DNA from: an uncultured Candidatus Saccharibacteria bacterium
Lineage (GTDB): Bacteria > Patescibacteriota > UBA1384 > XYA2-FULL-43-10 > 1-14-0-10-43-13
Length of the DNA: 32,000 nucleotides
Reading direction: 5' to 3'
NCBI GenBank assembly: GCA_964543385.1
Contig: CAZIYE010000003.1
Location: 1-32,000 of the forward strand
Position 1 is the stretch's first letter. Each line of letters starts with the position of its first letter. Both the position numbers and the translations under genes were made by a program. This document shows, piece by piece, positions 1 through 7,777 of the stretch. The notes under the pieces were generated by a model. It saw only the letters and a list, made by a program, of their open reading frames with translations. It was not told the origin of the DNA and ran no database searches.

Positions 1-131
1 AAAACTAACGCCCACAATTCCCAATTCATGACTCATGATTCAAATTTTTTGGTAGACTTGATGCACTTTCATTTGAATCATTGCTGGATTGGTTAGACCA
101 GCTTATGTGTGCTTATCAAGTCGAAGATGAT

Positions 132-344
132 CTAGTCGAGTGATTTTACGCCTAGAGCTTTTTTAATGTGCTCTATTTTTACCCAAGTCGGATTTTCCTC
201 TCCCCTTTCGATACGAGCGTAATAGTTAACACTGATACCCGCCTTGGTGGCCACTTCGGCCTGAGTAAGTCCTGCCTTTTCCCGCAATGTTTTCAATTGC
301 TGACCCAACCCTTTACTCATGTTTTTTTCACTTTCATTGACCAT
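132..344 (-). CDS. XRE/Cro-family helix-turn-helix transcriptional regulator (70 aa)
   Basis: The ORF translation contains LKTLREKAGLTQAEVATKAGISVNYYARIERGEENPT, a textbook XRE-type HTH ending in the ...IERG... signature. TAG stop at 132..134. It is divergent to the PLD-family gene. The true start could be the internal Met9 (MSKGLG). Confidence 0.85.
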   Translation of the reverse strand: MVNESEKNMSKGLGQQLKTLREKAGLTQAEVATKAGISVNYYARIERGEENPTWVKIEHIKKALGVKSLD

Positions 345-408
345 AGAGACAATATACCATATTTTAACACAAAATCAACCTAAAAATCATTATTAACTAA
401 GGAGCTCC
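345..408. promoter_or_regulatory. Divergent intergenic control region between the HTH regulator and the PLD-family gene
   Basis: 64-bp AT-rich spacer between divergent starts at 344 and 409. An AAGGAG Shine-Dalgarno sits at 399..404, 4 nt before the ATG at 409. I could not assign promoter hexamers confidently by eye. Confidence 0.4.
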
Positions 409-1098
409 ATGTTTAACCAGACACAAGCTTGGAAAGAATACCTCAAAAGAAGAGAGAACGCGATTAATCAAGTAATAACTCGAGATTTATTTAACGATAA
501 AACATTCTATCGAGCTTTTGCGGGAGACCTGCTTGCGGCCAAGAAAGAAGTTATTATTTATAGTCCTTTTGTTTCCAAATTTAGGGCGAACTATTATAAG
601 AGAATTATTGAAAAGCTAAGAAATAGGAATATTGAAGTTTTTATCTTTACTCGCACACTCGATGAATATGACTCAATAATACAGGCCCAAATTGAACATA
701 TTCTAGAAATTTACCAGAAAGAAGGAGTACATATCAATTATTTTGGTAAATATATTCACGAAAAAACAGCCATCATTGATCGAAAAATTGTTTGGGAAGG
801 CAGTCTAAACATCCTCTCACATCGAGCGAGCAGCGAAATGATGACAAAAACTTTAGATAATAATCTAGCCGAGAATGTAATGTCGATGCTAAATCTGAAT
901 AACTCGATCGCCAATGGGTATAAAATTAGGTATGAAGAATGTTGTCATAATCTAACAACCACTAAATGCAAACAGCTCAACCAGATTCGAAATTTATTGG
1001 TTGGTTGCCTAATTATACTGACGCTCATATTATTTTTGTTCTTCAAGGATAGTATCCTACATGCCTTGATTTATTTTATCTTCCGTACTCTCTTTTAG
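409..1098 (+). CDS. PLD-superfamily (single HKD motif) nuclease/phosphodiesterase with C-terminal transmembrane anchor
   Basis: HEKTAIID matches HxK(x)4D and is followed by the accompanying GSLNILSH (GSxN) element. There is only one HKD copy, as in Nuc/BfiI-type enzymes that dimerise. The C-terminus LLVGCLIILTLILFLFF...ALIYFIFRTLF is strongly hydrophobic. Strong SD upstream. Confidence 0.8.
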   Translation: MFNQTQAWKEYLKRRENAINQVITRDLFNDKTFYRAFAGDLLAAKKEVIIYSPFVSKFRANYYKRIIEKLRNRNIEVFIFTRTLDEYDSIIQAQIEHILEIYQKEGVHINYFGKYIHEKTAIIDRKIVWEGSLNILSHRASSEMMTKTLDNNLAENVMSMLNLNNSIANGYKIRYEECCHNLTTTKCKQLNQIRNLLVGCLIILTLILFLFFKDSILHALIYFIFRTLF

Positions 1099-1139
1099 AA
1101 TTAGGCTCCGGTCTCAAGTATGATATAATCAATTCAGAT

Positions 1140-1310
1140 ATGAAGTATAGAATATGTGATAAGTGCGGAGAATTCGTCACCAAGACTGGTATAATCTCTA
1201 GCATTCCTAATTTGAATAAAACTAGTAACTTTGCCAAATGCCACAACAAAGACTGCGGCAAGCTTTTTTCGAAGATTGAATACGAAAAACTCAAAATCGA
1301 GGACTTCTAA
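1140..1310 (+). CDS. Small zinc-ribbon protein (56 aa), below the ORF-track length cutoff
   Basis: My own translation is MKYRICDKCGEFVTKTGIISSIPNLNKTSNFAKCHNKDCGKLFSKIEYEKLKIEDF*. The CxxC...CxxxxC spacing is typical of a 4-Cys zinc ribbon. A TATAAT sits at 1124..1129, only 10 nt before the ATG, so the transcript may be leaderless. There is no clear SD. The overlapping antisense ORFs 1076..1294 and 1291..1512 look spurious. Confidence 0.4.
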   Translation: MKYRICDKCGEFVTKTGIISSIPNLNKTSNFAKCHNKDCGKLFSKIEYEKLKIEDF

Positions 1311-1385
1311 TTTTGTTAGCCCAAAATATTTTGCAATTGCAAGAATTACTGGTAAAATATAAATAAATCATTTGTACTAACAAGG

Positions 1386-2126
1386 ATGTATATGGAGGGT
1401 GAAGAGGGTAAAAAATTTGATGGTTTAGGCTTTTATCAACCTGACAAAGGTGAAGTTTTGGCTGTGGAATTATCGCCCGAGCAACAGAGAAATCTTTTAG
1501 ATAAAATAACAATTATTGCGCAGGCAGTTGTTAATAAAGAAACGATTGCCGGTTGGAATTCCGAGCAGCTCGGCAAACTTATAGAAGAGGTTAAGCAAAT
1601 AAAAGCCGGCCTTCTTGATCCGCAGACAGCTAGTGATTATGAAGAAAATGCAAATCGCTTAGTTGAAATCATAGGAAAACTTAAGAATAAGCCAGCGGAA
1701 GTTTCGGATATTACTGAATCTCAACTGCCAACTATGCAAGAACCGATAGTTGAAGATACTGCTTTTACTGCTCCAATAGCCGAATCCGAACAGGTAACAA
1801 ATTCAACTCGAAATGATCAACGGGATCCAAATGCAGCTCCGAATGAACCGGCTGAAGAATCTGGCGCTAGTTTAAGCGGCGGAGAAAGTACAAGTGACAT
1901 GAGAGATCTTAGTCCTCAAGAAGTTTTGACAAGAGTTGATCAGATGGAAGCTAGACTTCATGAAGTCTATAAAAACAAGAAAGCAGAACTTGATGGCCGA
2001 CAGAATCAACTGAATGCAGAAAAGGAACAACTGGACGCTGATTACCAAGCAAGGATCCAAAGGCTTGCAGAAGGCAAACAAAAACTCAAGGAAGACCTAC
2101 AACAAATAATTGAACTCGCGGCTTAA
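1386..2126 (+). CDS. Hypothetical acidic protein with C-terminal coiled coil
   Basis: 246-aa ORF convergent with the large minus-strand cluster. The middle is acidic, low-complexity and E/P/S-rich. The C-terminal heptad-like segment is KKAELDGRQNQLNAEKEQLDADYQARIQRLAEGKQKLKEDLQQ. AAGGA at 1382..1386 favours the second ATG (1392) as the real start. I recognised no catalytic motif. Confidence 0.6.
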   Translation: MYMEGEEGKKFDGLGFYQPDKGEVLAVELSPEQQRNLLDKITIIAQAVVNKETIAGWNSEQLGKLIEEVKQIKAGLLDPQTASDYEENANRLVEIIGKLKNKPAEVSDITESQLPTMQEPIVEDTAFTAPIAESEQVTNSTRNDQRDPNAAPNEPAEESGASLSGGESTSDMRDLSPQEVLTRVDQMEARLHEVYKNKKAELDGRQNQLNAEKEQLDADYQARIQRLAEGKQKLKEDLQQIIELAA

Positions 2127-2153
2127 TTCAAATATGCATATCGAACTTATTGA

Positions 2154-3392
2154 CTAGGTTCCGTTTTCTCCCCAAGCTAAAACGGATTTCTTTTCTGCTG
2201 ATATACTATAGATATTTTGTTTCTCAATTACCGGTCGGCACAAACCACCATATCCACGCTCAGGGAGATCGGCGATAGTGCCGTTTATGTAGTTCCAAAC
2301 AAACATTGTTCCATCTGAATCAGTGCAAAGAATATTATTACCATGGATTTGATCTATTCGCATAGCCCTTCGGTCGATTTCCCTCACAAGCTTCATATCC
2401 TTACTATTCCAAAGCGATATCTTGCCCCAATTAGTAGAGATTAAGTATTTCTTGTCGGCTGACAGTAAAGACTGAGTAATAAAACTTTTTTCGCCACTAG
2501 GCTCAAAATACTCACCTCTTCGATTGCTTTTGCCGAGAACTTCTAAACTTTTTCCGTGACCAAAAACAAATCGTCCATCTGGCAATTCCGAGACAGAGTG
2601 GTTATCCAAACTAGTATTCGATCGATGTTGATCAACCAATTCGCCAGTCGAAAGTTTGAAGACATAGACATGAACACTTGCCTCGACAACTAATCGATCA
2701 GAATTCTCAAAAACATTGAACCATTTCACTTTGTCGAAACCATCAGGCAATGCGATTTCAACGGTTTGTGGCCCATAGAGGTCGATTATTTTTAGTGTTT
2801 TTTCATCTCGACCAAAAAATATGATTTTCTCATTGTTGGCTATCACCTCGAAATGGACAATCTCGCCATTGGAAGTGTGAGCCAACTCCACAGGCCGCTC
2901 AGTCCCATTGCTATGAATAAATAGAGAGCCGCCGATAGAGAAGATAGTACCTGGTCCGTCAACTAAAGTCTTAACTCTTCGCTCCTCATCTGGCCTCTTA
3001 TCTCCATAATCATAATGAAATAAAACCCTTTTAGTTTCCTTGTCTATAACTGCAAATGTCGTGACACCCTTCCGTGTATTCCGATCGTCACTCATTTTTT
3101 CATACAATACAAAGATTTTGCCCTCTTTCTTATCGCTATCAATACCGGCGCTAACAAGGCGAAAATCATCTTCAATATCTAAGGGTATCTCATCAACAAC
3201 CGTAAATTTCGAATACTCTGGAACCATTAAGTCTTTTATATTTTCAAAGATCAAATCCATTTCATACTTAAAACTCAAAAGATTGGTTATTTCTTTAACC
3301 TTAAAGGCATTATCAAAATCACTCTTTAGATCCCTTAGAGTCGAAATAGAATTGGTAATCTGTTGGCAACTAGGATAAGCCATTGTGTCCAA
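2154..3392 (-). CDS. Family paralog: N-terminal Cys-module + WD40-like beta-propeller domain (412 aa)
   Basis: The N-terminus MDTMAYPSCQQITNSISTLRDLKSDFDNAF carries the C-Q-x-I-T-N family motif. The remainder is strand-rich with repeat ends ISLWNSKD, MFVWNYING and VLAWGENG. It is the last gene of the co-directional cluster, with a TAG stop at 2154. Confidence 0.7.
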   Translation of the reverse strand: MDTMAYPSCQQITNSISTLRDLKSDFDNAFKVKEITNLLSFKYEMDLIFENIKDLMVPEYSKFTVVDEIPLDIEDDFRLVSAGIDSDKKEGKIFVLYEKMSDDRNTRKGVTTFAVIDKETKRVLFHYDYGDKRPDEERRVKTLVDGPGTIFSIGGSLFIHSNGTERPVELAHTSNGEIVHFEVIANNEKIIFFGRDEKTLKIIDLYGPQTVEIALPDGFDKVKWFNVFENSDRLVVEASVHVYVFKLSTGELVDQHRSNTSLDNHSVSELPDGRFVFGHGKSLEVLGKSNRRGEYFEPSGEKSFITQSLLSADKKYLISTNWGKISLWNSKDMKLVREIDRRAMRIDQIHGNNILCTDSDGTMFVWNYINGTIADLPERGYGGLCRPVIEKQNIYSISAEKKSVLAWGENGT

Positions 3393-3398
3393 TTAATA

Positions 3399-4484
3399 TT
3401 ATGCAATTCTCACTGCAGTCCTCGGAACGTGCTCATTATTTCGACCACCATTGTCATATCTGTAACATTCAATACTTTTCGCATTCTCATTCCAGTGCCC
3501 AGCGGCGATGTAATTTCCTTTTGGGTAATAAGTCCCGAGTAGAAGGCTGCCACTATTGCCAGCTTTATATTTCTCAGTTATTTGCTTGTTTTTCTCTAAA
3601 CTGTACAAGTAAAAGATCAACCATGATTCATAGGTAAATCCAATTTCATTTTGATAGGTGGCAGATTTCGAAAGTTCCTCCATCCATTCACTAAAGCTCG
3701 GAATACTTTGGCCATTCCAAATCTTACCAAATTCTTTCCCAAAAGCTTTGCCCGTCGGATCTAATTGAGTTCTTCCACCAATTGTTTCGCAATCATCGGT
3801 TTGTGGCAATTCCCATAACGGCTCGACCATCAAAATCTGCCAACCTGGAAATGCCGATTCAGATTCGACCTCACTTTTGGTTTTTCCCCCATGATTAGCC
3901 ACGTCAAAAGAGGTTGGATAATAAACCGCGCTAACTTCGAGAGATTGATGGAATTGTTCACCTGTCCATGATAGGAATACCTCTTCGGTGTTAACATCGT
4001 CAGCTATTAATCCTTGTGCTTTCAAATCGGCAACATATGACCCGACTCTAGAAGCCATATCTTCAAGATTCAAACCAAAAGGGACGAGAAGAGGCTGAGT
4101 AAATCCTTGCTTGAATTTTTCTGCAAGTTTTTCTCTTTTTTCCAGAATCACTGCATTCATTTGCTCAACACTTGGTATTGGGCAAATCTGTCCTCCCTCT
4201 CCTAAAATACCCCTCACACCATTATAGTCTCCGATCATACCTCGATCAGTCATTAAACTTATCTGATCGTTGATTATTCCCTTAAATTCATCCTTTGGTA
4301 AATTTTCAAATGGCCAAAAATATTCAAGAACCTCTCCGATCTCAATTTTTATTTTGTCATGAAGACTAAGCGCTTCTTGGATATTAATCGGTTGTTGATC
4401 AATTATAAAATCAAAATCTACTTTCGATTTAGAAAGTTTTTTAATTAAATTAGTCAAATGTTGGCAAAAAATATTATCGGCCAT
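3399..4484 (-). CDS. Family paralog: N-terminal Cys-module + orphan globular domain type 1 (361 aa)
   Basis: The N-terminus MADNIFCQHLTNLIKKLSKSKVDFDF is the family module. The C-terminal ~270 aa aligns by eye with the C-terminal third of ORF 14409..16631: GFTQPLLVPFGLNLEDM vs GFKKLLLIPFGVSINSL, FPGWQILMVEPL vs FAWQVVLSEDI, and GFTYESWLIFYLYSL vs GQIPETWLIYAMTCL. It starts 2 nt after the upstream stop. Confidence 0.7.
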   Translation of the reverse strand: MADNIFCQHLTNLIKKLSKSKVDFDFIIDQQPINIQEALSLHDKIKIEIGEVLEYFWPFENLPKDEFKGIINDQISLMTDRGMIGDYNGVRGILGEGGQICPIPSVEQMNAVILEKREKLAEKFKQGFTQPLLVPFGLNLEDMASRVGSYVADLKAQGLIADDVNTEEVFLSWTGEQFHQSLEVSAVYYPTSFDVANHGGKTKSEVESESAFPGWQILMVEPLWELPQTDDCETIGGRTQLDPTGKAFGKEFGKIWNGQSIPSFSEWMEELSKSATYQNEIGFTYESWLIFYLYSLEKNKQITEKYKAGNSGSLLLGTYYPKGNYIAAGHWNENAKSIECYRYDNGGRNNEHVPRTAVRIA

Positions 4485-4486
4485 CG

Positions 4487-4816
4487 CTACGCAGGAGTAG
4501 CCTCTGTTTGCTGTTCGCCGCCATTAAATGGCTCACCAAACATCTCTTCGTAAATGCGCGCACCGTCAAGACATGCTTCATGGTTTCCTTCTTGTCCACA
4601 AATTTCTTGCTGTGCCTCGATAATCATGTGCATATTATCTTTAAACTCGCCATCTCGCCACTCTTTTAGCTCTTTTAGTTGTAGCTCTTCGTGAGTTTTC
4701 TCCATCTCTGCAAGAGCACCATCGATCGCCTCACCGGCCTCTTCACGAAAGTCAAATTCTTCATCCTTTTTAAGTCCGGCCTCGTCAGGACCGGCACCTT
4801 GAAATTCTCCTGGCAT
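4487..4816 (-). CDS. Small acidic hypothetical protein (109 aa) immediately downstream of the AAA+ gene
   Basis: An AAGGAG SD lies 5 nt upstream of the ATG at 4816. The protein is Glu/Asp-rich and predicted helical (EEAGEAIDGALAEMEKTHEELQLKELKEWRDGEF), with two Cys in EICGQEGNHEAC. It is tightly packed between the ATPase gene (12-nt gap) and a family paralog (2-nt gap). Confidence 0.6.
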   Translation of the reverse strand: MPGEFQGAGPDEAGLKKDEEFDFREEAGEAIDGALAEMEKTHEELQLKELKEWRDGEFKDNMHMIIEAQQEICGQEGNHEACLDGARIYEEMFGEPFNGGEQQTEATPA

Positions 4817-4828
4817 GTTTCTCCTTAA

Positions 4829-7756
4829 TTATTTCCAAATATCATTAACTAGTTTATTTTTATCATCGATCGAACCACCCAAAGCTGCATCAGCTGCCTC
4901 TTTATCAATCATACCATGACCGGAAGCAAAATTGATAAGCATGTCGTAAAATTCATTTACCCCCATCAAGAAACCGGCATCATCCATCGTGTCTCTTTGC
5001 TCTTTTTTGCAGATCGGTAAAGCCCTCATTTGGTCAATGACCTCTTTGCAATCAGTCGAGCTCTCGTAGTTTTCAATGTTGGCAACCTTTCTCGCAACTT
5101 CAGCAATACCTCGCACTAGCCTCATTTTTTCTTCTTTATCAAGGTTGATAGACTTTGCTTCATTTAACTTTTGTCCTATTTTCTCATACTCCTCTTTTTT
5201 CCGAGGTGGAAGATAGCCAAAAACAATCTGCATTGTTTCAAGAGATGAAAAGTACTGTAGGGAATATTCACCATTCGTATCTAGTAAAGTAGTAAATTCT
5301 CCATTTTTTCTAACTTTCTTGTACTTTGGAACTGTATCTATCGGGTTAAAACTCATTCGCTCCTTGAATTGACCGATCGCATTGTCCCCCTGAATATCTG
5401 AATATTCTGACCAGCCCTCTCCTCGAAAGAACTGGGCCTGTTTTAACACAGCATACAGAATTGCTTGCTCCTCAGGATGACTATCATACTTTTTCACAAA
5501 ATTCCAAAGATAGTATTCAATATCCATATTGCACCCGCCATCTAGATAACCGCCGACAATATTATCCATCAATTCTCTCATCGAGAGATTAGCCTTTTTC
5601 AGCGTCTGTTTTAGCGTTGCTGCTTCGTTCGATCCAACAATTCCAGCTAAATTTAAATCTGGAAATGTAGCGGGATCAATATTACCTTCAAATAGATCCA
5701 TAATCATTCTAGCGCCAACACCAAGACGATAGAGATCTTTAAAAACAGAATATCGATCATCGGTTTTGACAAGCAGCTCGGCGCCAAGTCTTCGATTCAA
5801 AAGCTTAGTTGCGAGCACTTGGAATATTTGATCATTGATTGCATCTTTGCGATAAGTTTTAACAAACTCTTCAACATCGGTACCTTCAAAGGTCACTTCA
5901 TCGATCTTTTGCAAATCAAGTCTCGCGACATCTGATTCAATTGAATTATATGCATTCGAATTTGGTAAATATCGCACTTCGATTGGATTAATTCGACTAT
6001 AAGTGGCTGGGTCAACATCATTGAAACGAGAACTTTTATATCTATCACCAGTATTACCAGTCCAGATCACACAATAGCCAGGTTTAACTGTGATATCGCC
6101 CTTTTCCGTTCTTGTCGCAATATTGCTACCAAATTTTCTTGTGAGTAAATCATTGAATGCAATCAAGACATCAGGAGAAATAGCATTGGCTTCATCCATT
6201 ATTAACGGCCGGCCCTCTGACATTGCCTGATACATTGCACCCATAATGTATCGACCCTGGACTTGATTAGAATAAAACGTTGAAACTTGATCATCCACTC
6301 TTTTCTGTATTTCTGGGTCAAGCTCGTCTATGTCTCTGCCGTTTTTCCGGTACTCATCCAAGAGATTAGCTCTTATTTGTTCGGTAAGTTCTCCCTGAGA
6401 AGCAACTAGCTCTGTTGCAAGATCTGCGAATCTAGTATCTTCTCCAACTTCTTTATCAACACCCATATCTTTATAAATTTTTGTTAAAAACTCATTTACT
6501 GGGAGCTTTTGTATTCGGAATTCCTCAGTAAAACGATCCGGATCTAGAAACTTGCTACCAGAAACAATGATTGGCTCTTTGCCAAAACGAGTTTTTGCAA
6601 TATGAGTTGCAAGGGCAGTCTTACCAGTGCCAAAGTCACCGTGAAGATATACAATTGTTGGCGGATTCTTTTCAAGTGAAGGCAATGCGCGCTCAATAAT
6701 CTCCCGAACATATTCAGTCTCGACGATCTTTCCTTTATTTAGCAGATTGAAGAGTGATGACAATTCTTGGCGGTAGTTAACATACGAAGTGACAAAGTCC
6801 TTATCAACAGCGTCAATGTGGGCATCGTAAATCCTTTCTACTCCCAATTCGACTTTTTCGCCGAATTCTTCTTCATATGCCTCAGATAGCCAATCGCTGA
6901 CTTCGTCAATCTCCGTGGTTTCAACACCATAAATATTGGCTATCTCGTCAGGTTTTCTAACAACCTCTGGGCTCTTAGAAACATTGGCCGACAGAATACC
7001 TTTTTCCAATTTATGAATTTCTGTCAATGCTCGACGAACATCATCTTTGCTGGCAAGTCCATAAGCCTGTATTTGCGTTAACTGTTCTTCGGAAAAGGAG
7101 GATAATTTATTTAATAAAAGTTGAAAATGAGATTTCAAAAGAAATGCAATTTTCGCTGATCGACCAAGTGTTTGAGCTTTGATTGTGTCTTGAACTTTTG
7201 TGTTATCTGCTTGGTCAGAATCATTGCCAACCATTTTTTGCTCATGACGGCGTATGCCCTTAAACACCAAGTCTTTAACAACAGCTTTTGGATCTTCTTT
7301 CCATAATTGGACTAGATCTTCAAGTGTTATCTGAAGTTTGTCTCGATCTTGAAGCGTTTCAATTTTAGCCCTGATGAAATGAGAGTCAAAAACAGCATCC
7401 CCTTCTTCCCGCTGATCTTCTGGCAATGCATTCAGATATTCTTCTTTGAGTCTATCTCTCAGTGAATCGGTTCTGGACTCAGACCATGATCTCTCTTCAC
7501 CATCCTTATTTTGAATCACATCAATTATTCTTTGATACAGATTTTCATCCTTTTGGAAAGATGAACATATTGAAGATTCCGCGAGACTATCATAAGTTAC
7601 ATATTGGCCGATCTCATCAGCTATTACATGCATTTCTTCCGTGCCAACTTTGTACTCATAAGCTAATCGTTCCGCTTCTCGTGGCTCAAGCAGTTTTTCT
7701 TCAGCTTCAGTTACTTCAGGATGCGTTAATATTGGCGGGCTCATTAGTTCTGACAT
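4829..7756 (-). CDS. Large MoxR/AAA_5-like AAA+ ATPase (975 aa)
   Basis: Walker A LHGDFGTGKT is encoded at 6617..6646. Walker B LIMDEAN is at 6185..6205 and is followed by AISPDVLIAFNDLL, resembling the DExN...L..L segment of MoxR/AAA_5 ATPases. A sensor-like VIWTGNTGDRY lies downstream. A single ATPase core is flanked by ~360-aa N-terminal and ~400-aa C-terminal helical extensions I cannot assign. An AAGGA SD precedes the ATG. Confidence 0.8.
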   Translation of the reverse strand: MSELMSPPILTHPEVTEAEEKLLEPREAERLAYEYKVGTEEMHVIADEIGQYVTYDSLAESSICSSFQKDENLYQRIIDVIQNKDGEERSWSESRTDSLRDRLKEEYLNALPEDQREEGDAVFDSHFIRAKIETLQDRDKLQITLEDLVQLWKEDPKAVVKDLVFKGIRRHEQKMVGNDSDQADNTKVQDTIKAQTLGRSAKIAFLLKSHFQLLLNKLSSFSEEQLTQIQAYGLASKDDVRRALTEIHKLEKGILSANVSKSPEVVRKPDEIANIYGVETTEIDEVSDWLSEAYEEEFGEKVELGVERIYDAHIDAVDKDFVTSYVNYRQELSSLFNLLNKGKIVETEYVREIIERALPSLEKNPPTIVYLHGDFGTGKTALATHIAKTRFGKEPIIVSGSKFLDPDRFTEEFRIQKLPVNEFLTKIYKDMGVDKEVGEDTRFADLATELVASQGELTEQIRANLLDEYRKNGRDIDELDPEIQKRVDDQVSTFYSNQVQGRYIMGAMYQAMSEGRPLIMDEANAISPDVLIAFNDLLTRKFGSNIATRTEKGDITVKPGYCVIWTGNTGDRYKSSRFNDVDPATYSRINPIEVRYLPNSNAYNSIESDVARLDLQKIDEVTFEGTDVEEFVKTYRKDAINDQIFQVLATKLLNRRLGAELLVKTDDRYSVFKDLYRLGVGARMIMDLFEGNIDPATFPDLNLAGIVGSNEAATLKQTLKKANLSMRELMDNIVGGYLDGGCNMDIEYYLWNFVKKYDSHPEEQAILYAVLKQAQFFRGEGWSEYSDIQGDNAIGQFKERMSFNPIDTVPKYKKVRKNGEFTTLLDTNGEYSLQYFSSLETMQIVFGYLPPRKKEEYEKIGQKLNEAKSINLDKEEKMRLVRGIAEVARKVANIENYESSTDCKEVIDQMRALPICKKEQRDTMDDAGFLMGVNEFYDMLINFASGHGMIDKEAADAALGGSIDDKNKLVNDIWK

Positions 7757-7777
7757 GTTTATCCTTTTTTATATATT

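Noticed and set aside
1-96. Open plus-strand frame running from the left edge (KTNAHNSQFMTHDSNFLVDLMHFHLNHCWIG*) as the tail of an upstream gene
   Set aside because: Only 31 codons are visible and none form a motif, so it cannot be distinguished from chance.
1076-1512. Minus-strand ORFs 1076..1294 and 1291..1512
   Set aside because: They overlap the PLD gene end, the zinc-ribbon ORF and the start of the 1386..2126 gene. They have no SD and no motifs, and their composition is typical of antisense frames.
2127-2153. Bidirectional terminator between the convergent genes ending at 2126 and 2154 (palindrome ATATGCATAT at 2132..2141)
   Set aside because: The palindrome is 10 nt long, almost entirely A/T, and has no loop, no GC-rich stem and no flanking U-tract. 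That is insufficient for a rho-independent terminator call.
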